The notes under the pieces: generated by a model | Database searches by the model: none | What the model was told of the DNA's origin: nothing | What the model saw: only the letters and a program-made list of their open reading frames with translations | Made by a program: the position numbers and the translations under genes | Shown here: in pieces, positions 1 through 14,452 of the stretch | Layout: each line of letters begins with the position of its first letter | How positions within the stretch are numbered: position 1 is the first letter of the stretch | Assembly (NCBI RefSeq): GCF_058153355.1 | Contig: NZ_CM177019.1 | DNA: 64,000 nucleotides | Direction: 5' to 3' (one strand)

Positions 1-390
1 CAGAATCTGAAAGTTGCCATCTTCGAGAAAGGCACCACTACCAACCTTATCGGTGGTAACACGGCCATTGCGCTTAATAAAACATATGTGGCCAAACTGT
101 ACTCGGATGAAAACCAGAACGATAAATACGACGCAGGTACGGATATGGACGTTACCGCTAACTATGACTTTGCATGGGTCTTTAACGGTAACAGTAAACA
201 ACTCCGTGCTGCAGGCGGTATTGCTAATGCCAGCTTCGATAACAATGACATTGTTATCCCGCAAACTAACGAAGAAGCAAGAACCAGCCTTAACGGTAGT
301 GACCGTAATGGTAAGAGTGGTCTTGCGATCCCAGCAAACGGCGACGGCGTTCAGGGCTATACGCTGTCAATTATTTACAAACACCACTAA
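1..390 (+). CDS. 3' end of an ORF whose start lies upstream of the window; tentatively an intimin/invasin-family (SinH/SinI-like) accessory surface protein
   Basis: Frame 1 is open from base 1 to the TAA at 388-390 (..NLKVAIFEKGTTTNLIGGNTAIALNK..SIIYKHH). Product guess rests only on position beside the RatA-like gene at the xseA locus. Confidence 0.4.
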   Translation, partial: QNLKVAIFEKGTTTNLIGGNTAIALNKTYVAKLYSDENQNDKYDAGTDMDVTANYDFAWVFNGNSKQLRAAGGIANASFDNNDIVIPQTNEEARTSLNGSDRNGKSGLAIPANGDGVQGYTLSIIYKHH

Positions 391-499
391 TGCGCACGAC
401 TGCATTCCCGTAGGGGAATGCTGTTTTCCGCCTGTTTTGCTTAGCGACGCGTTAAGCAAAACAGGTTGATGTTTTGTTTATCATGTTGGAGTTTTCTAC

Positions 500-3400
500 A
501 TGTCGGTATGTCTGAAACCAGGGAAAATCATTATGCTTCTGGGCATGTTGGCAGCGTTTATGCTGTCTGACTTTGCACGAGCAGGGGTGGAATGGCAGAC
601 ATATCCTGATTCTACAGGCGAGTTTAACGGAACCGTTCCTTTTGCCGACAGCGCCAGCGTACCCGTCTATCAGGGCAGTGTTCAGCTTAATCCTGGCGAA
701 TCTCATGATGTCGGGTTTTCTGCTAAACCGAATGAATTTAGCGTTGACGATGACGCCGCTAACCTGATTGTTGCTAATCCTCAGGACAATGAAGGCGACC
801 AGTTTTCCACACCACCTGCGCTGCGCTGGGAAAATCAAACACCCCCTACCGTCAGCCTGGTGTGGGCCGATGCCGCCACGCCCGATGTACCCCTTAACCC
901 ACAACCCATTGCTAACCGTAGCTTTTGTGCTCAGGGGCTCGCCGGACGCTCGCTGGTGGCCTGGCCGCAGATTGATGCGCAGCAAACCCTCCCACTGCTC
1001 TACCTGTTGACCTCGACCGGCTATCCCTATGCGGGGACGGTGGCGCTGGTGGACCAGAAAGTGACCCTGAACATCGCGCCCGCGCAGGGCGATTTAATCT
1101 CGGTGAGCGCCAGCGGTTATAACGAAACGATCGCGGCGGCAAAAACCACCGTTGGCGACACCATCACGCTCACCGTCACCACTAAAGATTGTCAGGGCAA
1201 CGTCGCGGGTAATATTCCGTTTATTATCAAACGTAAAGATGCTGAAAATCGCCAGGGGGCAGTGAATAATAGTGCGCCAGTGGTACTGGATAGCACCGAG
1301 TTAACGACGACGGCTACCGAATACCATGGCACCTCTGATGCCAACGGCACGGCCACCATCACGGTGAGCCAACCGAACGGCCCTGGCGTCAAAACGCCAC
1401 TGGTGGTCAGCATTTCCGGCATTGCGCAAACCAGCGAAACCGCGGTGATTTTTACGGTGCTCACCAGCCCGGACGCGGCGCAGGCTACGATGTGGGGCCA
1501 TATGGCGGAAACGGTAGAAGCGCACGGTTACACCTTCAGTCGACCAAAGCTGGCGGCAGAAGTCAGCAATGAAAGCGCCACGGTCGTCGATCACAACGAA
1601 ACCTGGTCCACCTTCACCTGGAGCGGCGCAGATAACCACTGCACCGTGCTGCCCGGCATGCGCCACTTCGGCGCGCTGGCGACCGTTATCCCCACATCGG
1701 TGCAGACAGTCCTTGGCTGGCCGATGCAGGGGGATTATTACTGGTCATCGCTGGCGGGCACCACCGGGCAGCACCATGCGGCGGATGTCTCTAACCGTGG
1801 TGAAACGCAAAAGCCGGATAGCACCCCGTTTCTTGTAAGCTGCGTGGATAAACCCGCGCCTGATGTCGAGCCGAAAATCGTCCTTACGCCCGAAAACTAT
1901 GATGATACGGCACAGGCGATGAAATCGCAGGTGGGCGAAGACGCCACGATGCGTCTGACGATCACCGACAATAAAAATAACGATCAACCACTGGCGTATT
2001 ACTACTTCTCGCTGCATCTGGATGACGGCGTTAACCGCAAAAATCAAACCGATTCCGCCTGGGAAGCCCATCCGGTGCAGATTACTGGTGGTTCGAATTT
2101 GCAACAGGTTGATGCTCACACCTATGAAGGCATGACCGATGTCAACGGTCAGGCTTCGCTAACCCTGAGTCAGCCCGACGGCGCAGGCGTGAAAACCCAT
2201 ATCACGGCGAAAATGCGCAGCAATTTTACGGCTACAGATGCCAAAGACGTGATTTTTACTGTGATCACCAGCCCGGACAGCGACAAGGCGCGGATGTGGG
2301 GCCATATGCGCGGCATTGTTGTATCTGGCAGTCTGTTCAAACGCCCAGTGCTGGCGGATGAAACTGAGCATGAACTGGGATCGGTGCGGGAAAATAACGA
2401 AGACTGGGCGCTGTTCGATCAAGACACCAGTATGCAGGCTGAATGCGGCGTCGGCCATACGCCAAGTCAGAGTGGGCTGGAAAGCCTTTTTTCAGCCCAT
2501 CCCGGTAACGCGATTGGCACTGAGTATGGCTGGCCCACCGCACAACAGAACTACCTAAGCGCGGTGGAGCAAGCCACGCATTCATCGGTGAATTTGGCGA
2601 ACGGAAACGTCGACAGCTACCCCGGCTTTAAGCGAAATTACCTCTCCTGTTCGGGCAATGAGATGGTCGCGAAGGTTGAAGTGAGCACCGATCACGATGT
2701 CACCCCTGGCAGCAAAGCGCAGGCCAAAGTGGGAGACACCGTCGTGATGACCGTGCGTACGGTTAACGCGCTCAATAATACCCCCGTTCCCTTTACTGCC
2801 TTCACCATCACTAAAGGCATGGGGTATAACCGAGCGGGGCTGGTGAGCGGGTTTGATGACCCGAGCAGCGGCGCAATCTCGATGAATGGCACGCAATACG
2901 GCACATCGCAGCCGTCGATGGTTTATACGGGTACGACAGATGCACAAGGCGTGGCAACGGTCGAAATAGAGCAACCACAAGGCGTCGGGCTAAGAACGGC
3001 GCTGAGCGTAACGCCGGTAAATTCCTACCTGCCGAATACCGTTAATTACAGCGTTATTTTCACCACCCCAACCAGCCCGGACGTTATTGGCGCGCAGATG
3101 TGGGGCCATATGGATGAAACGATTACTGTTGATTCATTAACCTTTACCCGGCCTAAGCTGGCAGCAGAAATCGCCAGTCCGGATGGCACACTAACGGAAA
3201 AAAACGAAGTCTGGGCGCGCGTTAGCCAGGCCAGTACGGCCATTACCAGTAAAGGCGGTTGCGGAGCCAATATGCTGCCGCGTCGCTCACAGCTCAGTGC
3301 GCTCTATGACGCTAATAACGGCAATGCGGTGCAAACCACACACGGCTGGCCGACGCAGCGTCAGCCCTACTGGAGCAGTTCCCCCGCGGATGTAACGCCG

Positions 3401-6400
3401 CACTATTACACCATTGCCCTGGATAACGGCGCACAGGCTATCGGCGGCGATACGCCGGTTTACGTCAGTTGCCTGACGACGGCGAACAAACCTGCCAGCA
3501 GCATTACGCTGGATGTGGTTGATAACGCACAGTGGGCTGCCGGAAATAACGCGGCGAAGCTGAAAAAAGGCGAAACGCTACGGGTTAAGGTAACGGTAAA
3601 AGATGCGCAGGGTAATCCGCTCACGGATATGCCATTTAAACTGAGTCGCGGAGACGGTTATACCCGCACGGGCGAAAAACATATTGCCGGTAGTGGCGAT
3701 GCGCTGGTGGCACCGGTGGTGATTAACAGTGGGCTGGCGGATGAAACGACGTTGAACGACACCGCGGGATTTTATACTGCCATGACCGGTAGCGACGGCA
3801 GCAAAATCCTCAATATTACCCGCCCGGATACTCACGGCACCAAAACGGCGCTGACGGCGACGTTGTATTCCGATGCAACAAAAAAAGACAGCCTGGATAC
3901 GATCTTTACTGTGGTCACCAGCCCGGATAGTAGCAAAGCGAAAATGTGGGGGCATATGCCGGAAACGGTGACGGCTGCGGACGGTACGGTATTTAAACGC
4001 CCGCTGTTGTTGAAGGAACTGGCCTATCAGACTGGGCGAACATCGACGTCTGAAGACAATGAAAACTGGGCGTTGTTTAACATTAATTATGCGAGTTCTT
4101 CCACGACGTATAGTGGCTGTGGAACCAACTATATTCCGACTCAAGCCGGTCTGACGTCACTGTTTGCTAATAATGCGGGCAACACCATGAAAACCGTGCA
4201 GGGCTGGCCGGTGGCAACACGCTATTTGTCCAACACGTCCGACAACGGCAGCATGGAGCAGCGTAACTACAAGGCGGTAGATCTCAGCAATGGCACGAGT
4301 GCGGCAGTGTCATCAACGGCGCTGCAACTGCTGACCTGCCAGACCACGCCGGTAACCACGGTGGGCCAAATTCTGCTGGAAGCGGCAGATCCGGCGACGC
4401 TGGATACCACCTATAACGTGGTAAAAGCGAAAAAAGGCGAAGAATCCGTGGTGCGCGTCACCACCAAAGATACGCAAGGCAACCTGGTGGGCAATACGGC
4501 ATTTATCCTGACGCGTGCCAACAGCGTGAGTCGGGCTAACGCATCAGCAACCGCGAGCGTGGGCGCGCTGACGGTGACGGATGCTTGGGGAAATACGCGA
4601 AATAATTTCCAGTCGACGAGTGAAACGATTTACGGCGTGACTGGTGCAGACGGGTCAACGACATTTACCCTGAAACAGGATAACAGTACCGGGTTAAGAA
4701 CCGATCTCACGGCAAAACTGGATACGTCCAGCAGCGTCAAGGCGACGCTACCGGTGGTCTTTACTGTCGTGACCAGCCCGGATTCGCCAAAAGCGAATTT
4801 TTGGGGACATATGGCCGAAACGGTGATGGCCTCCGACGGTACAATCTATAAACGACCACTGTTGTTGAAAGAGCTGAGTAACACCAGTGGTCGAAATTCT
4901 ACGGCTGAAAACGGTGAAGATTGGGCAAGATTCACCTGGACTCAGTCGGCTGACACCAGCATGAATGGGTGTGGTACAGATTATATGCCGACGCTGGATG
5001 GACTGAAGTCTTTGTATGACGCCAATAGCGGTAATGTGATGAGTACGGTGCAGGGATGGCCGGTAAAAACGACCTATCTCACCAATACCCCGAGTGATAC
5101 GCAAACAGGGAGCCGTTACTACAATGTGGTGCAACTGAATACTGGTGCAGTCTCACAAATCTCGACGAACACAGTCGTGCTACAAACCTGCCGCACAACG
5201 CCGTTGACGGCTGCTAGCCAGATTACGCTGGAGGCCTCAGACCCCGCGCAATTTGTCAGCATTGACAGTACGCTTAGCGCGATCAAAGTGCAGAAAGGCG
5301 ATAGCGTGTCGATCCGCATTTCGACTAAAGATGCACAGGGGAATTTAGTCGGCAATACGCCGTTTGCCCTGAAACACGCTAACCCGGTCAATCGCCAAAA
5401 TGTGGCGTCAACATCGCAGAAAGTGTCGGTCACGACTGCGTCGGGTACGACGGTGGATACCACTGCATCGACCATTCTGTATGGCGTGACCGGGCCAGAC
5501 GGAACCACCACGATGACACTCCGACAGGATGCGTCTACTGGACTCAAAACCGACTTTTATGCTCTGTTGAACGATACCGGCGTGTCGTCGAACACCTTGC
5601 CAGTGATCTTCACCGTCGTCACCAGCCCGGATACACCGCTGGCGGCCAACTGGGGGCATATGGCAGAAACCTTTACCAGCAGCAAGGGAGTCACCTTCAA
5701 ACGGCCTTTCCTCAAAGCTGAACTTTCTGGTGGTACGGCGGTAACGACCAATAATGAAGTCTGGTCGCGCCTGACAGCAACGGAGAAAACGGATGCCAGC
5801 AAGGCTGGGTGTGATGAGAGTTATCAACCGCTGATGACTGACATGCAGGGGTTGTATGCGGATTACCCTAACAACCAGTTGGGCACGGTGCTCGGCTTGC
5901 CGACTTCCGCCGGGTATATGTGGGCCTACGACATGATGACGGTTTCTGGCAGCAGCTGGAGCAACCAGGCATATTCGCTCGTTAATGGTCAGACAGTTCA
6001 GGCATCGTCCAGTTATACGGCGGTAGTGATGTGCCTGGTGGAACCGCATACCGTTCCGGCGATGATAGAGATCACTTCAACAGCACAGGATGCGGCAAAA
6101 ACGGTCAGCAATGGTGGTCGACCGAGCGCCGTAGCGAAGAAAGGTGAGACGATTCCGCTGACGGTGACCGTACGTGATAGCACCGGGAATCCGGTACCCT
6201 ACGCCGACTTTACCCTCACGCGTGGAACGACGCTGGATCGCTCGAAAGCAACCGTTAACTCGAGTGCGGACGATCTTACCGTGAAGTCATTGATACCCGC
6301 GAACAGTGACGCTGGGCTGACGGCAAATGGGGCAAAAGTGCTCAGAACAACGGGCAGTGATGGCACAGCCACCTTTGAAGTGAGCCAGAATGCCACGACA

Positions 6401-8590
6401 GGACTGGCGACCCCCATAACCGTCACGCTGGCGCGTGATGTAACCAAAACCGCCACGCTGGATGTTATCTACACGGTGATAACCAGCCCGGACTCACCGA
6501 GCGCGAAATTCTGGGGGCACATGCCGGACACCTTTACCAGTTCGGCAGGCGTCACCTTCAGACGACCGCTGCTGAAAGCCGAAGCGACTTCAGGGTCATC
6601 GATTAGCACTAACGGCAATGGTGAAGTGTGGTCGTATATGAGCAACGTTCAAAATTTAACATCGACAGATTGTCCGCTGGAGAATCAACCGCGCAGTAAT
6701 GAATTGTTGGATTTGTATAATGATCATCCCAACGGCGCGATAATGACTGACCTGGGGCTGCCGATATATGCAGGCAAGTGGTGGGCTTATGATATGGTCA
6801 TGCCGGATTTATATACGTGGCAGTATCAGACGGTCAGCCTGAGCGCAGGAGATATCGCGAAGAGCTCGGCAAGCAACGCGCTGATGCTTTGCCTGACGAA
6901 GCCGCATCCGGCAGGCGTCAGCGTAATGTTGACGTCATCCGCAATGGATAACGCCAGAACCCTCAGTAATGGCGGGCGACCCAGCGCGTCAGTGAAAAAA
7001 GGTAACCCACTGCCAATTGTGGTGACGGTCAAAGATCGTGATGGCAACCCGCTGGCGGGAGAGGCCGTGACGCTCAGGCGTGGTTCAGCGATGAGTCGTT
7101 CAGGAGCAGGAGTGGGCACGCCGGCAAATGCAATGACGTTGACAGAATTGACACCTGTGTCGGCGGAGTTTTCTCTGGCCGCACACGATACGCAATGGCA
7201 AGGTTTCACCGGCAGTGATGGTACGGCCACTTTCAATGTTGAACAGCCTGAGACCATCGGCCTGGCCATTTCGTTCACCGCTATACTGGCGCGAGATGTA
7301 GCAACTACCAGCGTCCTTGATGCGATCTTTACCGTCGTTACCAGCCCGGATTCCGCAATGGCGACCTACTGGGGCCATATGCCGGATACGGTAACGGCGG
7401 AAAACGGCGTGGTCTTTGAACGGCCTAAATTGTTGAAAGAGCTGCCGTCGAGCGCCGGAGTCAGTCAGGTGACGGATAACAATGAAGTGTGGCCGTTGTT
7501 TAAGGCAACGCAAAGGGAAGATAGCAGCCTCAGTCCTTGTGAAGCGGCACGTCGGCCATTGAGCGATGATTTATTATCGCTCTACGCGCGCTATCCGGGG
7601 AACACGCTGACGACTCAAATCGGCTGGTCTACGAAGTATGCATGGTGGGCACTGGATAACAAGCAGGGGAATGCCCTGGTTGTCAGTCTGAATAATGGTT
7701 TTGAGTCGTCGACGGCGAGTACGGGGTATCAGGGATGTCTGGTCAATCCCCGCGCGACCGTCTCCAGCGTCACGCTGACATCGACGGCGCTGGATGCCAC
7801 TACGCAGGCAGCGAAGGTAAAAAAAGGTGAAGCCGTGCCCCTCGTTGTTACCGTAAAAGACAACGCCGGGAAGCCGGTACCGAATGTCGCTTTCACCTTA
7901 AAACGTGGTGATGCCATGCCACGTAACAGCGGGGCGACGTTGTACGGTGATGTTGCGGCGATGGATGATATGACGGTACAACCTGCCAGCGGGACGGTGG
8001 TAACGCTGGCTGACAGTGGGAATACGGTCGACGGAGTGACTGGGGCGGACGGTACGGCAAGTTTTACCGTTCGTCAGGATAATACGCCAGGATATAAAAC
8101 GCCGTTGACGGTGACGCTGACGGATAACGCCACAATAACGGCGATGCTGGATACGATTTTCACCGTCGTTACCAGTCCAAATGTACCCACAGCCCATTTT
8201 TGGGGACATATGTCGGATACCACTGTGGTAAACGGTAAAACGCTACATCGTCCACAGTTGGAATCAGAACTGCCATCGGCAGCCATCATGGTGGCAACAC
8301 CGAACGTCAATAATGAGACGTGGGCACTGGCGCATACTGTTGACTCGCAAAAATGGGATATTTCGCAGCAGTGCGGCCTCCTTGATTTTGCACCGAATTA
8401 TGCGGATTTAGAGGCTCTGCACACTAACTTCAGTACTCTCGGATGGCCGTCAATGCCTAATACCCCCTATCTATCTAAAGACAGAGAGCGGTCAGGTAAG
8501 TATTACTGCGGTATGATTGAAGAGACAGGTTCTCAATCTTGCAGTATTGAGCCTACCAGCACGCCGGGATTTGCTACTTGTGTCAGGTAA
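500..8590 (+). CDS. Giant secreted repeat protein, 2696 aa, RatA/RatB-like Ig-domain repeat protein
   Basis: Single uninterrupted ORF. GGAG at 486-489 precedes the ATG at 500. N-terminus has a signal-peptide-like stretch ([17 protein letters not shown]). Nine repeats each carry the motif [13 protein letters not shown]. Confidence 0.8.
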   Translation: MSVCLKPGKIIMLLGMLAAFMLSDFARAGVEWQTYPDSTGEFNGTVPFADSASVPVYQGSVQLNPGESHDVGFSAKPNEFSVDDDAANLIVANPQDNEGDQFSTPPALRWENQTPPTVSLVWADAATPDVPLNPQPIANRSFCAQGLAGRSLVAWPQIDAQQTLPLLYLLTSTGYPYAGTVALVDQKVTLNIAPAQGDLISVSASGYNETIAAAKTTVGDTITLTVTTKDCQGNVAGNIPFIIKRKDAENRQGAVNNSAPVVLDSTELTTTATEYHGTSDANGTATITVSQPNGPGVKTPLVVSISGIAQTSETAVIFTVLTSPDAAQATMWGHMAETVEAHGYTFSRPKLAAEVSNESATVVDHNETWSTFTWSGADNHCTVLPGMRHFGALATVIPTSVQTVLGWPMQGDYYWSSLAGTTGQHHAADVSNRGETQKPDSTPFLVSCVDKPAPDVEPKIVLTPENYDDTAQAMKSQVGEDATMRLTITDNKNNDQPLAYYYFSLHLDDGVNRKNQTDSAWEAHPVQITGGSNLQQVDAHTYEGMTDVNGQASLTLSQPDGAGVKTHITAKMRSNFTATDAKDVIFTVITSPDSDKARMWGHMRGIVVSGSLFKRPVLADETEHELGSVRENNEDWALFDQDTSMQAECGVGHTPSQSGLESLFSAHPGNAIGTEYGWPTAQQNYLSAVEQATHSSVNLANGNVDSYPGFKRNYLSCSGNEMVAKVEVSTDHDVTPGSKAQAKVGDTVVMTVRTVNALNNTPVPFTAFTITKGMGYNRAGLVSGFDDPSSGAISMNGTQYGTSQPSMVYTGTTDAQGVATVEIEQPQGVGLRTALSVTPVNSYLPNTVNYSVIFTTPTSPDVIGAQMWGHMDETITVDSLTFTRPKLAAEIASPDGTLTEKNEVWARVSQASTAITSKGGCGANMLPRRSQLSALYDANNGNAVQTTHGWPTQRQPYWSSSPADVTPHYYTIALDNGAQAIGGDTPVYVSCLTTANKPASSITLDVVDNAQWAAGNNAAKLKKGETLRVKVTVKDAQGNPLTDMPFKLSRGDGYTRTGEKHIAGSGDALVAPVVINSGLADETTLNDTAGFYTAMTGSDGSKILNITRPDTHGTKTALTATLYSDATKKDSLDTIFTVVTSPDSSKAKMWGHMPETVTAADGTVFKRPLLLKELAYQTGRTSTSEDNENWALFNINYASSSTTYSGCGTNYIPTQAGLTSLFANNAGNTMKTVQGWPVATRYLSNTSDNGSMEQRNYKAVDLSNGTSAAVSSTALQLLTCQTTPVTTVGQILLEAADPATLDTTYNVVKAKKGEESVVRVTTKDTQGNLVGNTAFILTRANSVSRANASATASVGALTVTDAWGNTRNNFQSTSETIYGVTGADGSTTFTLKQDNSTGLRTDLTAKLDTSSSVKATLPVVFTVVTSPDSPKANFWGHMAETVMASDGTIYKRPLLLKELSNTSGRNSTAENGEDWARFTWTQSADTSMNGCGTDYMPTLDGLKSLYDANSGNVMSTVQGWPVKTTYLTNTPSDTQTGSRYYNVVQLNTGAVSQISTNTVVLQTCRTTPLTAASQITLEASDPAQFVSIDSTLSAIKVQKGDSVSIRISTKDAQGNLVGNTPFALKHANPVNRQNVASTSQKVSVTTASGTTVDTTASTILYGVTGPDGTTTMTLRQDASTGLKTDFYALLNDTGVSSNTLPVIFTVVTSPDTPLAANWGHMAETFTSSKGVTFKRPFLKAELSGGTAVTTNNEVWSRLTATEKTDASKAGCDESYQPLMTDMQGLYADYPNNQLGTVLGLPTSAGYMWAYDMMTVSGSSWSNQAYSLVNGQTVQASSSYTAVVMCLVEPHTVPAMIEITSTAQDAAKTVSNGGRPSAVAKKGETIPLTVTVRDSTGNPVPYADFTLTRGTTLDRSKATVNSSADDLTVKSLIPANSDAGLTANGAKVLRTTGSDGTATFEVSQNATTGLATPITVTLARDVTKTATLDVIYTVITSPDSPSAKFWGHMPDTFTSSAGVTFRRPLLKAEATSGSSISTNGNGEVWSYMSNVQNLTSTDCPLENQPRSNELLDLYNDHPNGAIMTDLGLPIYAGKWWAYDMVMPDLYTWQYQTVSLSAGDIAKSSASNALMLCLTKPHPAGVSVMLTSSAMDNARTLSNGGRPSASVKKGNPLPIVVTVKDRDGNPLAGEAVTLRRGSAMSRSGAGVGTPANAMTLTELTPVSAEFSLAAHDTQWQGFTGSDGTATFNVEQPETIGLAISFTAILARDVATTSVLDAIFTVVTSPDSAMATYWGHMPDTVTAENGVVFERPKLLKELPSSAGVSQVTDNNEVWPLFKATQREDSSLSPCEAARRPLSDDLLSLYARYPGNTLTTQIGWSTKYAWWALDNKQGNALVVSLNNGFESSTASTGYQGCLVNPRATVSSVTLTSTALDATTQAAKVKKGEAVPLVVTVKDNAGKPVPNVAFTLKRGDAMPRNSGATLYGDVAAMDDMTVQPASGTVVTLADSGNTVDGVTGADGTASFTVRQDNTPGYKTPLTVTLTDNATITAMLDTIFTVVTSPNVPTAHFWGHMSDTTVVNGKTLHRPQLESELPSAAIMVATPNVNNETWALAHTVDSQKWDISQQCGLLDFAPNYADLEALHTNFSTLGWPSMPNTPYLSKDRERSGKYYCGMIEETGSQSCSIEPTSTPGFATCVR
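1100..8400 (+). repeat. Nine tandem, divergent ~800-860-bp coding repeats inside the giant ORF
   Basis: The motif accagcccggac (TSPD) recurs near 1463, 2267, 3071, 3917, 4772, 5621, 6482, 7340 and 8171. Each is preceded by a KKGE..V.VT.KD..GN block and followed by a NE.W..CG..GWP..YW block. Confidence 0.8.
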
Positions 8591-8628
8591 AAAAAACAGA
8601 GCCAGCACGACGATGCTGGCGCGTTTTA
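8591..8628. terminator. Bidirectional intrinsic terminator between the convergent giant ORF and xseA
   Basis: Stem gccagc/gctggc (8601-8620) has an A-run on one side (8589-8597) and gcgtttt on the other. Confidence 0.6.
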
Positions 8629-8634
8629 TCTGAT

Positions 8635-10041
<1,407 letters not shown>

Positions 10042-10124
10042 TTATTCAGTCGATAGTAACCCGCCCTCCGGGGATAGCAAGCATTTTTTGCAAAAAGGGG
10101 TAGATGCAATCGGTTACGCTCTGT

Positions 10125-10130
10125 ATAATG
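10125..10130 (+). promoter_or_regulatory. Candidate -10 hexamer (TATAAT) of the guaBA promoter
   Basis: Perfect TATAAT lies 43 bp upstream of the guaB start, with TAGATG 17 bp further upstream as a weak -35. Confidence 0.35.
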
Positions 10131-10172
10131 CCGCGGCAATATTTATTAACCACTCTGGTCGAGATATTGCCC

Positions 10173-11639
10173 ATGCTACGTATCGCTAAAGAAGCTCTGA
10201 CGTTTGACGACGTTCTCCTCGTTCCTGCACATTCTACCGTTCTGCCGAATACCGCTGACCTCAGCACCCAGCTGACGAAAACTATTCGTCTGAATATCCC
10301 TATGCTCTCCGCAGCAATGGATACCGTAACGGAAGCGCGCCTGGCTATCGCCCTGGCTCAGGAAGGCGGTATCGGCTTTATCCACAAAAACATGTCCATT
10401 GAACGCCAGGCTGAAGAAGTTCGCCGCGTGAAAAAACACGAATCTGGCGTGGTAACCGATCCGCAGACTGTTCTGCCAACCACGACGCTGCGCGAAGTGA
10501 AAGAGCTGACCGAGCGTAACGGTTTTGCAGGCTATCCGGTTGTGACCGAAGAAAACGAACTGGTCGGCATTATCACCGGTCGTGACGTGCGTTTTGTTAC
10601 CGATCTGAACCAGCCGGTTAGCGTTTACATGACGCCGAAAGAGCGTCTGGTAACCGTGCGTGAAGGCGAAGCCCGTGAAGTGGTGCTGGCAAAAATGCAC
10701 GAAAAACGCGTTGAAAAAGCGCTGGTGGTTGATGATGAATTCCACCTGATCGGCATGATCACTGTGAAGGACTTCCAGAAAGCGGAACGTAAACCGAACG
10801 CCTGTAAAGACGAACAAGGCCGTCTGCGTGTAGGTGCAGCGGTTGGCGCAGGTGCGGGTAACGAAGAGCGTGTTGATGCGCTGGTTGCCGCAGGCGTTGA
10901 CGTTCTGCTGATCGACTCCTCTCACGGTCACTCTGAAGGCGTTCTGCAGCGTATCCGTGAAACTCGCGCTAAATATCCTGACCTGCAAATCATCGGCGGC
11001 AACGTGGCAACAGCTGCAGGTGCCCGCGCGCTGGCAGAAGCCGGTTGCAGTGCCGTTAAAGTGGGTATCGGCCCAGGTTCTATTTGTACTACCCGCATTG
11101 TTACTGGCGTCGGTGTACCGCAGATCACTGCCGTTGCTGACGCAGTAGAAGCCCTGGAAGGCACCGGGATTCCGGTTATCGCTGACGGTGGTATTCGTTT
11201 CTCTGGCGATATCGCCAAAGCTATCGCTGCTGGTGCAAGCGCGGTGATGGTAGGTTCCATGCTGGCGGGTACTGAAGAATCCCCAGGTGAAATCGAGCTC
11301 TACCAGGGCCGTTCTTACAAGTCTTACCGTGGGATGGGCTCTCTGGGCGCGATGTCCAAAGGTTCTTCTGACCGTTACTTCCAGAGCGACAACGCTGCCG
11401 ACAAACTGGTGCCGGAAGGTATCGAAGGCCGTGTAGCCTACAAAGGTCGTCTGAAAGAGATCATTCACCAGCAGATGGGCGGCCTGCGCTCCTGTATGGG
11501 CCTGACCGGCTGTGGTACTATCGACGAACTGCGTACTAAAGCGGAGTTTGTACGTATCAGCGGTGCGGGCATTCAGGAAAGCCACGTTCACGACGTGACC
11601 ATTACTAAAGAGTCCCCGAACTACCGTCTGGGCTCCTGA
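10173..11639 (+). CDS. guaB: IMP dehydrogenase
   Basis: Start placed at [21 protein letters not shown], internal to the 511-aa track ORF, giving 488 aa. CBS and IMPDH catalytic motifs ([11 protein letters not shown]) are present. Confidence 0.95.
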
Positions 11640-11707
11640 TTCTCTTCGCCCGACTTCATGTCGGGCGATTTATATTATCTGTTTCACTTGCCTCGGAATA
11701 AGCGTCA

Positions 11708-13285
11708 ATGACGGAAAACATTCATAAGCATCGCATCCTCATTCTGGACTTCGGTTCTCAGTACACCCAACTGGTTGCGCGCCGCGTGCGTGAACTGGGT
11801 GTTTACTGCGAACTGTGGGCGTGGGATGTGACAGAAGCACAAATTCGTGACTTCAATCCAAGCGGCATTATTCTTTCCGGCGGCCCGGAAAGCACCACCG
11901 AAGAAAACAGCCCGCGTGCGCCGCAGTATGTCTTTGAAGCAGGCGTACCGGTATTCGGCGTTTGCTATGGTATGCAGACCATGGCAATGCAGTTGGGTGG
12001 TCATGTTGAAGCCTCTAACGAACGTGAATTTGGCTATGCGCAGGTTGAAGTCGTAAACGACAGCGCCCTGGTTCGCGGTATCGAAGATGCTCTGACAGCA
12101 GACGGTAAACCTCTGCTCGATGTCTGGATGAGCCACGGCGATAAAGTTACCGCTATCCCGTCCGACTTCATCACCGTAGCCAGCACCGAAAGCTGCCCGT
12201 TCGCCATCATGGCAAATGAAGAAAAACGCTTCTATGGCGTACAGTTCCACCCGGAAGTGACTCACACCCGCCAGGGGATGCGCATGCTGGAGCGTTTTGT
12301 GCGTGATATCTGCCAGTGTGAAGCCCTGTGGACGCCAGCGAAAATTATCGACGATGCAGTAGCCCGTATCCGCGAGCAGGTAGGCGACGATAAAGTGATC
12401 CTCGGCCTCTCTGGTGGCGTGGATTCCTCCGTGACTGCAATGCTGCTGCACCGCGCAATCGGCAAAAACCTGACTTGCGTATTCGTCGACAACGGCCTGC
12501 TGCGTCTCAACGAAGCAGAGCAGGTTCTGGATATGTTTGGCGATCACTTTGGTCTGAACATTGTTCACGTTCCGGCAGAAGATCGCTTCTTGTCAGCGCT
12601 GGCTGGTGAAAACGATCCGGAAGCAAAACGTAAAATCATTGGTCGCGTTTTCGTTGAAGTATTCGATGAAGAAGCGCTGAAACTGGAAGATGTGAAGTGG
12701 CTGGCGCAGGGTACTATCTACCCTGATGTTATCGAATCTGCCGCGTCTGCAACCGGTAAAGCGCACGTCATCAAATCTCACCACAACGTGGGCGGCCTAC
12801 CGAAAGAGATGAAGATGGGCCTGGTTGAACCGCTGAAAGAGCTGTTCAAAGACGAAGTGCGTAAAATTGGTCTGGAGCTGGGCCTGCCGTACGACATGCT
12901 GTACCGTCACCCGTTCCCGGGACCAGGGCTTGGCGTTCGTGTGCTGGGCGAAGTGAAGAAAGAGTACTGCGACCTGCTGCGCCGTGCTGATGCCATCTTC
13001 ATTGAAGAACTGCGTAAAGCGGACCTGTACGACAAAGTTAGCCAGGCGTTTACCGTGTTCCTGCCGGTACGTTCTGTTGGCGTAATGGGCGATGGTCGTA
13101 AATACGACTGGGTTGTGTCTCTGCGTGCCGTCGAAACCATCGACTTTATGACCGCACACTGGGCGCATCTGCCGTACGATTTCCTTGGTCGCGTTTCCAA
13201 CCGCATTATCAATGAAGTGAACGGTATTTCCCGCGTGGTGTATGACATCAGCGGCAAGCCACCGGCGACTATTGAGTGGGAATGA
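11708..13285 (+). CDS. guaA: GMP synthase (glutamine-hydrolysing)
   Basis: 525-aa ORF beginning [40 protein letters not shown]. Confidence 0.95.
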
Positions 13286-13310
13286 TTTGATCCCTGCACT
13301 ATGAATTAGC

Positions 13311-13342
13311 AAAACCCTCTGTTACTACAGAGGGTTTTTTAT
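13311..13342. terminator. Intrinsic terminator between convergent guaA and yfgI
   Basis: Stem ccctctgt/acagaggg with a 4-nt loop, followed by tttttt and preceded by aaaa. Confidence 0.75.
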
Positions 13343-13378
13343 ACTCACGAATCATAGGATTGAAGTTACTGACATCGC

Positions 13379-13918
13379 TTAGTTAAACCAGCTGTCCGAT
13401 TTGTTCTCTTCTGCTTTGCCCACGCTTTTCATCAGATCGCGACCGCCTTCAGTCATATTCCTGTTTGCGTCAGCTTCAGATTGCACCACATCGGTTTGCG
13501 CAGCTTTGTGCTTCAGTTCCTGATCGATAAATTCGTTTTCTCGCTTAACGCGGGCTTCTTCTTTCGCCAGCGCCAGTTTTTGTTTCTGAATCTCTAAGCT
13601 GCGTAGCTCATCTTCATAACTTTGATCGCGTTTCTTGTCCGCAGTGGCTTCGGCGTCCAGTTTATCCTGACGAGCTTTCTTATTCGCCGCTGCCGTTGCC
13701 GCTCTTTTATTAGCCGCGGCCTGGGCGTTTGCGCGACGTTGCTTCTCTTGCTGGATTTCCCTGTTGCGCTCCGCGACCCATTCGTCATGCTGCCTTTGCT
13801 CTTCATTTTTACCTTGCTGTTCCGCTTCTGCGACAGCAGAGAGTTGATCCTGCAATGATGAGGCGATAGCCGGATAGCTTAAGGAGGCTAAGATGGCGCA
13901 AAGAAAAACTTTCTTCAT
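13379..13918 (-). CDS. yfgI: Uncharacterised secreted protein YfgI
   Basis: 179-aa ORF with signal peptide (MKKVFLCAILASLSYPAIA) and a charged, coiled-coil-like body; position matches K-12 yfgI. Confidence 0.8.
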   Translation of the reverse strand: MKKVFLCAILASLSYPAIASSLQDQLSAVAEAEQQGKNEEQRQHDEWVAERNREIQQEKQRRANAQAAANKRAATAAANKKARQDKLDAEATADKKRDQSYEDELRSLEIQKQKLALAKEEARVKRENEFIDQELKHKAAQTDVVQSEADANRNMTEGGRDLMKSVGKAEENKSDSWFN

Positions 13919-13933
13919 GACTCCTCCTGATTA

Positions 13934-14452
13934 TTAGCTCTTTTCAGGACATTTGGTATTTGGCTGAATACGCGTTTCGTTATACGTCGTGGTAATAACA
14001 ACGGCTAAACCTGTCGTAAACTGGCACTCTTTACCCACCTGGGTGGAGGTATACACTTTGGTGCCTTCCTTATACGTTAGAGAAACACCTTCCACTAAGG
14101 TTTTATCATTCACCATAGAACCTGCTGCCGCGCCAACAGCTCCGCCGCCAACTGCACCTGCCGTCGTTCCGGAATTGCTGCCAGACCCCACGTTGTGGCC
14201 GATAACACCGCCAGCGACTGCACCAATAAGCGCGCCGAAGGCTTGTGCGTTTCGTTTATTTTGGGAGTTGTCTACGGCAACTTTTGCGGGAAGAATGGAA
14301 ATAATATTAACGGTTTTAGTTTCTTGTTTGGTATTCAGTTGATCGGTTTGATAAACATCGGCGGCATGATCATCAGCATTTGACTGGCATCCTGCCAGAG
14401 TGAATGACGCTAACATTGCCACAGGTAGAAGACATTTTTTAAATTTCATCAC
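13934..14452 (-). CDS. yfgH: Outer-membrane lipoprotein YfgH (glycine-zipper)
   Basis: 172-aa ORF with a lipobox (LAGC) and a Gly-rich zipper (GALIGAVAGGVIGHNVG). Confidence 0.8.
   Translation of the reverse strand: MMKFKKCLLPVAMLASFTLAGCQSNADDHAADVYQTDQLNTKQETKTVNIISILPAKVAVDNSQNKRNAQAFGALIGAVAGGVIGHNVGSGSNSGTTAGAVGGGAVGAAAGSMVNDKTLVEGVSLTYKEGTKVYTSTQVGKECQFTTGLAVVITTTYNETRIQPNTKCPEKS

Noticed and set aside
452-985. 177-aa minus-strand ORF overlapping the start of the giant gene
   Set aside because: Overlaps the signal-peptide region of the 2696-aa ORF on the opposite strand and has no RBS or homology.
500-8590. Giant protein as an autotransporter or intimin-type inverse autotransporter
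   Set aside because: No C-terminal or N-terminal beta-barrel-like segment is evident; the ORF is repeats from about residue 200 to the end, so I call it only a Rat-like secreted repeat protein.
10176-11591. 471-aa ORF on the minus strand
   Set aside because: Entirely antisense to guaB, which is unambiguously the real gene; a frame artefact of GC-rich codon usage.
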